This document shows positions 1-12,300 of a stretch of 64,000 bases of DNA, piece after piece. Under the pieces are notes generated by a model. That model did not search any database. It worked only from the letters and a program-made list of their open reading frames with translations, and was not told where the DNA came from. The DNA is from Lytechinus pictus. Lineage: Eukaryota. Both the position numbers and the translations under genes were made by a program. Within the stretch, counting starts at the first letter, position 1. Each line of letters starts with the position of its first letter. Location: NCBI RefSeq assembly GCF_037042905.1, contig NC_087251.1:30010001-30074000 (forward strand), read 5' to 3'.

Positions 1-308
1 AACCCGCCATCGAGTGGGAGTCAGCTCTACAAACTTCACTTCTTTGCTACCATTCCTCCTGTTGGCTACCAAACTTTTGTTGTTCTATTCTTCAATGATA
101 ACCCATCATTCAGTGGTATCCAACATCAATTCCAAAGGGAATATCCCACTTTAATAAGCTATGAGGCTAGCACTAGGGAGGCTTCGGAAGATGGAGGCAG
201 AGATGAAGGGGGTGGTGACGCGGAAGAAGATGAATTATCCATTGAGAATGATTGCTACAAAATATATTTTGATCCTTCAACGAATGCACTGTCATCAATA
301 ACCAATAA
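1..308 (+). CDS. MAN2B2: MAN2B2 exon (5' end outside window)
   Basis: Frame 1 open: [26 protein letters not shown]...[24 protein letters not shown]; donor aa|gtaagc at 309. Confidence 0.9.
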
Positions 309-3300
309 GTAAGCTTGCAACATGGAAGGTTGTATTTTACTTTTCATTGATAGTAGCACAGTCTTTTGGTAGATATATAGAAATATTTGTTAGAGGATTA
401 TGTTACACATAAAGAGGTATTATTCAGGAAGCTTATTCAGTGCACTTTTCACACTCAAAATGTAACATTATTCCTCAATATAGGAGATCACTTTAATTAT
501 TCACAATTTCTTTCATTAAAGGACAAGTCCACCCCAACAAAAAGTTGACTTGAATAAAAAGAGAAAAATCCAACAAGCATAACACTGAAAATTTCATCAA
601 AATCGGATGTAAAATAAGAAAGTTATGACATTTTAAAGTTTCACTTAATTTCACAAAACAGTTATATGCACATCCTGGCTGGTATGCAAATGAGGAAACT
701 ATGACGTCATCCACTCACTATTTCTTTTGTATTTCATTATATGAAATATGAAATATTCTAATTTTCTCCTCATTGTCCAGTGATACAACGATTAATTCCT
801 CCCTGAACATGTGGAATTAGCATTGTTTAATACTATATGGTTCGGTCAAGTTGGTCCTTATTGTCAAATTTATAAAAAATTAAATATTGTATAATTTAAA
901 CAATAAAAAACAAAAGAAATAGTGAGTGATGGACATCATCGACTGACTCATCTAGTTGTGTATATATCACTTTTTTGTGAAAAATAAGCGAAATTTTAAA
1001 TGTCATAACTTTCTTATTTTACATCCGATTTGATGAAATTTTCAGCATTATGCTAGTTTGATTTTTCTCTATTTATTCAAGTCAGCATTTTCCTGGGGTG
1101 GACTTGACCTTTAATAATATGGCATGGTCTTTTGGAAGATAATATACTTAAATGGTTTCAAGAGGATTATGATACCTGAAAAGGAATCATATCGAGCTTA
1201 TTCAGTGAACTTTCACGCAAAGGTTCTCAATAGGTAGTACCATTCCTCGGTATGGGAGAATACTCAAACTGTTCACAATTTCTCAAACGAATCTCTCCAT
1301 GTATCGGCCTGATTATCTTACTGGGATGGGCTCTTTAAATCTTTGTTTGCATTAAGATAGATGCAAAGCTTATTCCTTTATATCAGAAAAGAATTGATTG
1401 AATTGAAATTGATTTGATTCTTTTCTTGAATGATTTTTGTTTGAATCACAGACAGAATGGCAAGATCACAAAAATGAGTGCTGGATTCCTGGAGTATCTT
1501 GTCTTCCATGACGTGCTGTATGGTCAAACATCCAACAACTACATCTTCAGACCATACGGACCTGCCTCGGGTATCAGTAGCATCAGAACCAAGCTTGATA
1601 TGTCTACAGGTCATCTTATAAATGAGACAACGCAACATTTCTATGGGTAATATAGTTGGCTTTTTGCATATCGTAATACATGAACTAATATCTTATTTGT
1701 CACAGTGTCTGTTTTATATTTTTATGTAAATAATCACACCTGAAAGTGTGTGGAGCATACAAGGGCTGCATGACTGGGAGGGGCAGTGTAAGACAGAAGA
1801 ATGGTTACCACTCTGACAGATATGCATATATGATTTCATGTAATTGAATGGCTTATAAATGATTCAGGTGCCTATTTTTAGCTTTTAATCTGATTTTTAA
1901 CATCTACCTATACTGTACACCATCCTAAAATGGTGAATAATAAAGAGATAAAAGGGGTGAATTAATAAAGAAAGTATTAAGGGACTTCACACTTTAAGGC
2001 AGTCTAGTAGGATTTAAATAGATTTTTTCCAAATCATCATTAAAAAAATGGATCAAAAGGTAGATTAGTATTTAAAGAAAGTTTTTAATAGTTTTCTTTC
2101 TGTTTGTAATTTGATTTATTTTGCCACTGCATACAAGGTATAGTCACAATCATACTCTGGGAAAGCCTTTCTTTTGATTTCCAGGTTGTTTGATGTGGAT
2201 AGTCGCTACTCAGTGACCATGCGATTGCTCAATGATGCAAGTGGACATCCTGATAAGATTTCATGCAGCCATATCGAAGTGGACTTCAAAGTTGGACCCC
2301 TCTCAATGAACAAAGAACTTGTCTATAGGTTGGTAAGGGCGGGAAATAGAGAAATATGGGATAGGGGAGAGAAAGATTGGGGGAAAGGGTAGAATGTAGC
2401 TCATAAACAAAACATTGATGATTTGATGGTGTGTTTATATTTTTTCTCATCTGTATTTTTTAAATGAACCCTTTGTTTTGCTGGATGAAATCATAAAAAT
2501 GGTGATGGTAATGATAGTAATAACTAGCACATCAATGATGTGGAGCTCATCCGGCATCTCGCAACGAAATTTAACACAATTTTAATTTCAGCCCAGTTGA
2601 CACTGTAGTGAATTACATTGGTGACATAAATTGAGGATATAGAATTGAAATTGATGAAGAAATGACATAGAAGCATTTTAGCATCTATGAATAAATTTCA
2701 TATAAATTAAGCATAAATAATTTTCTAGTCAAAATTTCTAAGCTCTGTGTAAAACCTTGGTGAACCTCATGTAGCTCTCAGATGGAACCAAAATAAAAAA
2801 GAAGTGGAATTTTCTGTGATTTATGAATACATTTTGCATAAATTGGTATAAATAATTTTCTACTGAAAATTTCAAATTTCATTTCTATGCAGAAGTTTGG
2901 TGAACCTCATGAAGTTCTACCAGATGGAAGAAAAAAAATCAAAATCGGTCGACAATTAAAGAAGAAGAAGCATTTTATCTGAATTTTAAAAAATATGCAT
3001 AAATTAGCATATTTTATGAGTTTCAAAATTCTGTGGAGAAGTTTTGAATTCCCCACCTAATGCTATCATATAAAGCAAACAGAATTGAAATCAGACTTGA
3101 AATGATGAAGAAGAAGCATTTTGAAATTCAGTCACCAAATAAAGAAGAGGCATTTTCTGTGATTTATGAATTTTGCATAAATTAGCATAAATAATTTTCT
3201 ACTCCAAATTCAAAAATTCTGTGTAGAAGTTTGGTGAACCTCATGAAGCTCTACCAGATGGAAGAAAAAAAATTAAAATCGGCCAACAAATTAAGAAGAA

Positions 3301-6300
3301 GCATTTTATGTGAATTTATAAAAATATGCAAATTAATTTTGCATAAATTAGCATAAAAATTGTTCTAGTCAAAATTTCAAAATTCTGTGTCGAAGTTTGG
3401 TGAACCTCATAAAGCTCTACCAGATGGAAGCAAAAAATTCAAAATCGGTTAATAGATAAAGAAGAAGAAGCATTTTTTGTGAATTTTGAAAAATGCGCAT
3501 AAATTAGCATATTCAATGAGTTTCAAAATTTTGTGTAGAAGTTTTGAATCCCCCACTAGTCTGGTCTGTTAGCGAAATTATGTGGACACGGTGGACAAAA
3601 GCATGATTTTTTCTCCAGACCTTTGTTTATGTATAAGAATTAAAAATGGGGTATGCTCCAAAAAATCTGGCTGCAGGAACAGTGAAAAAATGGGTGAAAA
3701 TGTCAGAATTTATGAGTTTAGATTGGTCTGATATATAGACTAGCGCCAGTGCAAAACTCAATAGTAGTGCATTATTTTGCATTGGTTTAGTTCTTAAATT
3801 CAGACCCTTTTTGAACGGATGTTCTGTTTGTCCTCACATCTCAATGCACCAAATATCTGAATGCAGATGCTAAACAAGCCGAAGGGTGGCGGAGGACTTG
3901 GTGGAGGGGGTTGAATGTTGGTGTGTATGTACATATTTTGGTCTTGGGGTAAAGATGTGCAAAACACATTTTTGCATGTTTTGGAATTGGTGTTGCCATG
4001 GTAACAGTGTATTATGGCAAAATAAGGTAAAAATCTTGCAGTTAGAACTACTTCCTCTGTTTTCATCCGATTTTCATGAAATTTGGCACACACATTGTTC
4101 TTGAGGTGAAGATGTCTAAGACACTTTTGTGTGTCTTTCAGAAATCTCGTTGCCATGGTAACAACATGTTATATGGTGAAAATTGGGAAAAAACTTACAA
4201 TTCAAACTGCTTCATCAGTTTTCAATCAATTCACATGAAATTCGGCACACGCATTGGTATTGAAGTAAAGATGTACAAGGCACTTTTTTGTGTGTTTCAG
4301 AAATTGTGTTGCCATGGTAACAACATATTATATGGCAAGATTTAGGTAAAAACCTTGCAATTTGAACTACTTTATCAGTTTTGAACCAATTCTCATGAAA
4401 TTTGGCTCACACATTTGCCTTGGGGTAAAGATGTGCAAGAACCATTTTTTGTGCATTTGTCAGAGAGTGCATTGCCATGGTAACCACATATGATAGCCAG
4501 AAATGCAGGAAAACTCATTGTGGATCAAACTACTTCCCCTGATTTTAGTCAGTGCTCATAAAAGTTGGAAGAAATGTTCATCTTGGGGTAAAGATTCATA
4601 TTAACTTCTAAATGTCTTCTCTGCATTAAAATGTTCACTCCAGAGTGTGGGGGTATTAATCACCTTCAGTAATATTTCTAGGTTTTTTGGGGGAGGGGCG
4701 GGATTGGTCCTTAAAATCTGACATCAAAATAAAGAAGGTTAAAGGCGGTGGCTATTAGGAACATAAAAATGATAAACACTCTTAAAATAAGCATCCCCTC
4801 AAGGGCATAGGCTGGGGGTACACTGGGTGAATGTGAAACCTTTCGCTGAGGCAGAGGAGTTCCAACACTGGCAAGCAAAACGAAATGTGTACCCCTTCTA
4901 CTTTCAACAGCTGATTTTCCAAACCTTAGTTCCACCTCCCCAAGATGTGCACCCCTCCCCATACCACTTTTAGTTCTACCTCCCCATGCTCAAACCAGTC
5001 TACGCCTTTGCCCCTCAGTGGTCTTTGCATTTTTAAAGCGAGACATTACTCCTTTTTTTTGGGGGGGGGTCTTTAGAAAATGACCTCATAAAAGTAAAAG
5101 TTAAAGGATTATGACTAGGAACTTAACCCCCCCCAAAAAAAAATAGGGGGCTGATATATTTTTTTGAGCAGAAAATTGCCCCCCCCCCCTTAAAAGGTAA
5201 GAAGAGTCCTTTGCACTTCAGACCATTCATTTGAAGTTTAATGCATTCTGATTTGATAAAAAATTGTTTACTTACCCGATTAATCATTGTTTATTTATAT
5301 TCTCCTACTCAGTCTTTTATTCATATTCCGTTCCTTCCCTTTCTTTTTAACTTTATCACATCACTCTTGATTTTGAGCTTCACCATACCATCTCTTTCTG
5401 TTTCCTCTCTCCTTTTTTTATTCTCTATTTTTTCTGACATATTTTAAAGTGTACCTTTAATCATGCAACTAATTATAGAAATATAAATATATACAAAAAT
5501 CTCTGCACTTGTTTTAGAAATTCACTTGCAAATCCATGACTCAATAACATACCATATCAAAAATATACATATGTGCACAATAGATTTTAGCCTTCTATTT
5601 TCTTTCAATTGATTTTTTCAGTATATTTCTGTGACAGCCCTTGCTTTATACATCCTACATCTCCCATTGTCAAAAAATAAATATTATGTTTCAGTAGCAA
5701 AATTGTCAGATGCAAACTCTGACTATCATAAAAAAAATGCAAATAATTTTCCATTGGAGTAAAGACAAACTTATTCACTGTTCATTGAGCAAAAATTTAA
5801 TGATGACTTTTATTTATCTACATATAATCATATTCTAGTCATATCCCTTTCAGATGGTGGTAACTGCAGGAATGGGAAAACTGAGTGATAAAACTAAAAT
5901 TTTCACAGAGGATTTACGGAAAATAACTAAATCCATTTTTTTCAAGCAACAGTTATTCCATTCTGAATGCTGCAACCTTGTTAATATGAATTTGATGCAC
6001 CTTTACCAAAATATAATATCATGACAGTCATTTCTTCAATTCTTTAAACTAGACATTAAATATTGCTTATAGTATTATTTAGGACAGTGTAGCCAAAATG
6101 GAGTTTAAAAGATTATGAAAAATATGAATGTCAGGTATTATATTTCGGAGTAGGTGTAAGCATTCAAAATGGAATAATTGTTGCTAGATAATAATGGATT
6201 AAAATAGCAAAGAAAAATGTACTTAGAGAGGGAGACAAAGAGGGGGAGAGAGGAAACAAAACAAGAATATATGGTAAAGATCAAAAGTGCAAAAAGTGAT

Positions 6301-9300
6301 GTAAGAAAGTCAGAGTAGGAACTGAAATGAACAAAAACTGAGTAGAAGCAAAATAAAAGATTGATCAATAATTGGGCACCGGAAACGATATTTTATCAAA
6401 GCAGAATGTTTTAGGCTTTAAATGAATATGCTGAAGTGTAAAGGATTTTTCTTCCCCCCTTTTTTTTTTTTTTTTTGGGGGGGGGTTAAGTTCCGAGTCG
6501 TAATAATTTCCTTAAATTACTCTTTATGTGGCAATTTTCTAAAGCCCCCCCCCCCCCAAAAAAAAATGGAAGGGGTGCTTTTTTCAAGAGTGTTTAAGTT
6601 CCTAATGGTCATATGGTCATGGCCTTTAACCTTCTATATTTTTATGTTGTCAGTTTTTAATTACCTCCTCTGCCCCAAAAAAGAAGCTATAAATATTATT
6701 GAAAGTGATTAATACCCTGCGCTATTATATGACGTTAAAGGGGAATCCAACCCAAATAAACACTTGTTTTTAGAGGAAAAATCAGACAAGTTTATAGGTC
6801 AAATTTTGAACAATATCGGACAAACCATAAGAAAGTTGTGAATATATAAAAGTTGTAAACATTGGTAATCACTATACCCATGAAGACTTCAAATTGGCCG
6901 CATATGTGATGTCATAGTGATGTATTAAGGCAAGGACCACTCTTCCATGTACTGGAATAATTGGCTAAAATGTCTTTTTCAAAAGTTTTACAAATTATAT
7001 CTTTCTTTCATGAGGACATAAAACAATATACTACTAGGTTTATATTACGGCCCTAATGGAATAGGGATTTAGGAGAAAACCAAATATCCTGATAATTAAG
7101 CACAAGGCCTATGGGAAAGTTGTCCTTGCGGCCTCGCCCCTTGTCATAATTTACTTACCCAGTTGCCAATTTGAAATCTACATACTAGTAGTCTTAATTT
7201 TAAAGCAACCATAAATTTTGCTTCCGATTTCTTTCAAACTTTCACCATTCTTATGTTTCTCCTTTTCCACACAACATTTTATGACCAAGGCTGGATTCCC
7301 CTTTAACACTGAATATGAATCTTTACCCAAAATGAATATTTGTGTCAAATTTTATGAGCACAGGCTGAAAACTGAGAAGTGGATTGATCCACAATGAGTT
7401 TTCCTGCATTTCTAGCTATCATATGTGGTTACCCTGGCAATGCACTTTCTGACAAATGCAAAATAAAGGTTCTTGCACATCTTTACCTCAAGGCCAATGT
7501 GTGAGCCAATTTCATGAAAATTGGTTAAAAACTGATGAAGTAGTTCAAATTGCAAGGTTTTTACCTAAATCTTGCCATATAATATGTTGTTACCATGGCA
7601 ACACAATTTCTGAAACACACACAAAAAGTGCCTTGTACATCTTTACTTCAATACCAATGTGTGTGCCGAATTTCATGTGAATTGATTGAAAACTGATGAA
7701 GCAGTTTGAATTGTAAGTATTTTTCCAGTTTTCACCTTATAATATGTTGTTACCATGGCAACAAGATTTCTGAAAGACACACAAAAATGTGTCTTAGACA
7801 TCTTCACCTCAAGACCAATGTGTGTGCCAAATTTCATGAGAATCGGATGAAAACAGAGGAAGTAGTTCTAACTGCAAGATTGTTACCTTATTTTTGCCAT
7901 AATACACTGTTACCATGGCAACACCAATTCCAAAACATGCAAAAATTTGTTTTGCACATCTTTACCCCAAGACCAAAATATGTACATACACACCAACATT
8001 CAACCCCTCCACCAAGTCCTCCGCCACCCTTAGGCTTGTTTAGCATCTGCATTCAAATATATGGTGCATTGAGATGTGAGGACAAACAGAACATCTGTTC
8101 AAAAAGGGTCTGAATTCAAGAACTAAACCAATGCAAAATAATGCACTGCTATTGAGTTTTGCACTGGCGCTAGTCTATATATCAGACCAATCTAAACTCA
8201 TAAATTCTGACATTTTCACCCATTTTTTCACTGTTCCTGCAGCCAGATTTTTTGGAGCATACCCCATTTTTAATTCTTATACATAAACAAAGGTCTGGAG
8301 AAAAAAATCATGGTTTTGTCCACCGTGTCCACAAGTAGGGTATTTTTTACGCTAACAGACCGGACTACACCTAGTGCTATCATATAAAGCAAACAGAATT
8401 GAAATCGAACTTGAAATGGCGAAGAAGAAGCATTTTGAAATTGTGGACAGACGACAGACGCCACGCCATGGCATAAGCTCATCTAGCCCTTCAGGCCGGA
8501 TGAGCTAAAAATGAAAATGATAATAATAACAATAGCAGCAGTAGTAATCATCATCACAATGATAATGGTGTAGTATGATGATAATAATAACATCAACAGT
8601 TGTAATGGAACCCCTTCCCTACAGGTAGAAAAGCCGTTATGGTCTATCATGTGGCACAGGCATCTTCTGCATGAACGCATTATACAAATGATGCACAGAT
8701 GCAAGTGCATCGGTAGGTTTTGTGAGCATAAGGTAACTATGGAACTGTCAAAAACCAAAGAGGCGCAGCTGAGTAGTTTCCGTTGTTACTGCATGCTCAC
8801 TCATCCTTCCGATGCACGAACAACACTGTGTATCATTTGTTTTATTGAATGGTGTAATTTTTGTGAAAAATCAATTTTTTTTTACAACCACGCATGGCAA
8901 TTTACTAGATGCATGTCCGTAATAACTTATGCATGGTTGCCTTTCAAAAAAGGATAATAAGATAGTATATACTCTGAAGATAGAATATTGATTTTGTTCA
9001 GGTCTCTTTAATATGATTTCAATATCATCAGTGATATTAAAATGTTTTGGGGGCTACATTCTTAAAATGTACAAATTTTGTCTACTCTCATGTGTAATTT
9101 GAAGGGGAAAAGGGCACCTCTCCCAGATGGGCTATAGATTCCAAATATTTTTCACTAATTATCTCTTTCAGGTTTTCTACATCTCTCAAGTCAAATGGGA
9201 ACCTGTATGCTGATGTCAATGCCTTTCAGACGATGAACAGATCGAGGCGCCATGGGGCAACAATTGCACAAGTAAATTATTTCTCCTCCTTCCTTCTTCC

Positions 9301-12300
9301 TCTTCTTCCCCCTCTTTTTCTTCTTCCTCCTCTGCTTCCTCCTCCTTTTTTTCTTCTTCCTCTTCTTTTTCTTCTTCCTCTTTTTCTTCTTCCTCCTCTT
9401 TTTCTTCCTCCTTCTCTTCTTGTTCCTCCTCTTCTTCTCCCTCCTCCTTTTCCTCCTCATCTTCTTCCTCCTTCTCTTCTTTCACCTCCCCTTCTTCCTC
9501 ATCTTCTGCTTCCTCGTCTTCCTCCTCTTCCTCCTCCTCTGTTCTTCATCTTCTCATCTTCTTCCTCTTCTCTCCTCTCGCTCCCAAGCATAGTAAAACT
9601 ACATCATTTATTATGCTGTTACTCCTGACTTTCATTAGGCTATGCATGAGCACTATACACAAAATAATGTTTATTTTTTCATAAATACATTTTTAATTGG
9701 TGATTAAGCAGACAAGCTTGTATTAATAGTAACGCAAATAGATTTTGGATTGATGGCATCTAAGATTCAATTTCATTTCAATCAGAACTTCTTCCCGATG
9801 GTAAGCTCAGCTTACATAGAGGATACTTCTACAGATGATAGACTGATGCTGCTGTCTGATAGAAGCCATGGAGTCAGTAGTCAAAGAGACGGACACATCG
9901 AGGTCAGTACCAACATGGTCGGTTCATCACAGCATAACTATCATCATCACCATCATCATCATTACCATCATCATCACCACCATCAACATCATCATCATTG
10001 TCTCCATCAGTATTATCATTTCTATCACCATCATCACTATCATCTATTATTATCACCATCATTATCATCATCATAGATAATCATCATTATCAACATCTTC
10101 ATCATCATCATATTCACCATTGTCAACATCATCATCAGCAGCAGCATCATCATAATCACCATCATCCCCATTCTCATCATTTTCATTCTGTCCCGACTGT
10201 TTACTTTTTACTCGTGGATTTGGCATTAAAAAATTACCGGTATCAGTTATCATTTCTGGTATAATTTTTTTTTAAACATTCTGTGGTGGTATGATTGATG
10301 CAAGTACATGCACCAACCTAAAAATGATTCATTGAGAGCTAAAAGCTCCAACTTACAAAACAATGATAATAATGTTTTAAGTAGATTGCAGTACATCAAC
10401 AGAAGATGAAATAAAATAAAAATGAGGGGTACAAATAGAAATCTAACATTAAGTTAAATTGTTGAATGAATGTTCATAGGTCATGTTACATCGGAGGGTG
10501 GTGAATAATGAGTTTCAGACCCACGACTACAACCTCACCCTAGAGGAACCCTCTATAGCAACATCCAAATTCTGGTTGTTGCTAGGCAACGCATCAATGA
10601 CATCGGAACTCCGTCATCGCAGCTGGCTTCAACTGGAGAATCCACCTGTCGTTGTTAAGGTGGGATCATCAAGGTCTTTAGAAGAAGGTACCTGTCTCCT
10701 TCTATAGTACATGTTGCAATTATTTTCTTTTATTATTTTTTTTAGTGATAAGACAGGGAAGGGAAGGGAGGCAGAGAGAGGGAGCAAGGGGAAGGAGAGC
10801 GGAGAGTAAGGGAGGGAGATAAAGGAGAAGGAAGGAGAGGGGGAATGTGTGTGCAGATTATGTGTGTAAGAGAGAGAGAAGGCAAGGAAGTGGGAGAGAG
10901 CAAGAAAGAGAGTGGGGGAGAGATCAAAGAAAATAAGGAAAAATGTAAAAGTGTTAATGGAGGATGGTAAAGAAAAAGGCTCAGGATAAAATAAGCTAAT
11001 TTAGACACAAACCTTGAAAGATAAGAAAAGCAAAGAGAGGAGCACAGATTAGTTGGAAAGGAGGCAGAGTAAAAGAGAATGACGATTGTTTTTGTTATCT
11101 CAAATGTGAACAATTAAGATCAGATGATCAAACACAAAACATTGGTAAGAACCTGATTAGAAGAATCAAAAACTTTTCTTTGTCATTCATAAATTTTAAC
11201 ATTTATTATCTTTTAGTTTACTTGTCAGGCTTGCAAACTCAGAGGTTTAATTCAGCAATAGCTAATGTGCTACCAAAGAACATTCATCTTCTCACATTCA
11301 AAACACCAGGCTGGAATTATAATGACTCTGCCAAAAACAGTCATTCAGGTAAGTAAAGTGCTTAAGAAATTAATTAAAAGTAAAGAAAATAAGAATCATA
11401 TATTCTAGCCAATAAAACAGTGATCTTCTTATCGCACTATTGTTTTTTCGTTCTAAAGTTTTGACATGAGACCCTGCTCAGATTGGCATTATAGGTCCTG
11501 GTTTAATGAGATATTTGTTCATTGTTTCAATTCTTACCTGAAAGAATAACATAATATTTTTATCTCAAATTAAATTCTTACATTGGGGCATTCGTATAAT
11601 TGAAAAATCTAAATTGGAATACCCCCCCCCCCCTCTCTCCCTGATGCTCCCAAATCTGTCTCATTGGATTCCTGTCATCTCCCATATTTGAGCCTTCCTC
11701 CTCACTTCCCCATTTACAGATACATGTAATGCTGGCACATCATACATGAAGCTTTTGTTCAATCATATACCATTCCTAATTTTTCCTTTGGTATTAGGAG
11801 AAACTTCACCTAATCTAAGTCGAATTCTGCTTCGTCTACAACACCTTTATGAAGTAGGTGAACATCCAATTCTATCCAGACCAGCAACAGTAGATCTTCA
11901 AGTACGTATACCAGATTTATACACATCTTAGAATTTCTATTTTGTAATTCAATTTTTTTTTCTCATGATAATTAATAGCATGGTGACTTGCTGTTTTATG
12001 ATTTCGATATATAATTTATGTTATGTTAGAAAATAAAAGTTAATTAAGAAAGCAATTATTTTGACACAGGTTTTTTGATGCCCTATCAATTGATTTTCTA
12101 AAACTCAATAACTTGCAAGAGCATTGGAATGATGACCACCACCGTACATTCCATTATTAAAAGCTGGGCTGTTCCAAAAAGTATGTACATCTGACCTACA
12201 CGTGGGAGCTTGCTGAAATGATTTGTCTCTATTTTCCAGCTCTTATAAAAACCTATAATGCTCTTAGGTTTTCATGGCTTGAGCAGTTCATAAAGTAAAG

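Larger units (their letters stand above)
2522..8508 (-). mobile_element. Non-autonomous Helentron-type (HINE/Tsp-like) element, split by the 3557-8367 insertion
   Basis: SubTIR AGCTCATCCGGC (2544-2555) is inverted at 8495-8506. Hairpin cacatca-a-tgatgtg (2528-2542) lies next to AACTAG; a second hairpin at 8476-8506; short GACA/GAC repeat near 8447-8460; internal tandem core repeats at 2700-3550. Confidence 0.72.

Noticed and set aside
2329..2338. Alternative MAN2B2 donor TTG|GTAAGG at 2332/2333
   Set aside because: Better consensus, but out of phase with the exon at 9172; the 2328 donor restores the conserved frame
3800..8482. ORFs of 70-135 aa with CCHGN/LPWQ repeats
   Set aside because: Translations of non-coding TE core repeats (gttgccatggtaac), mirrored on both arms; no transposase motifs
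9191..10264. Poly-Lys/Arg, poly-Glu, poly-Leu/Pro, poly-His and poly-Ile ORFs
   Set aside because: Translations of intronic trinucleotide microsatellites; the real exons end at donors 9271 and 9902
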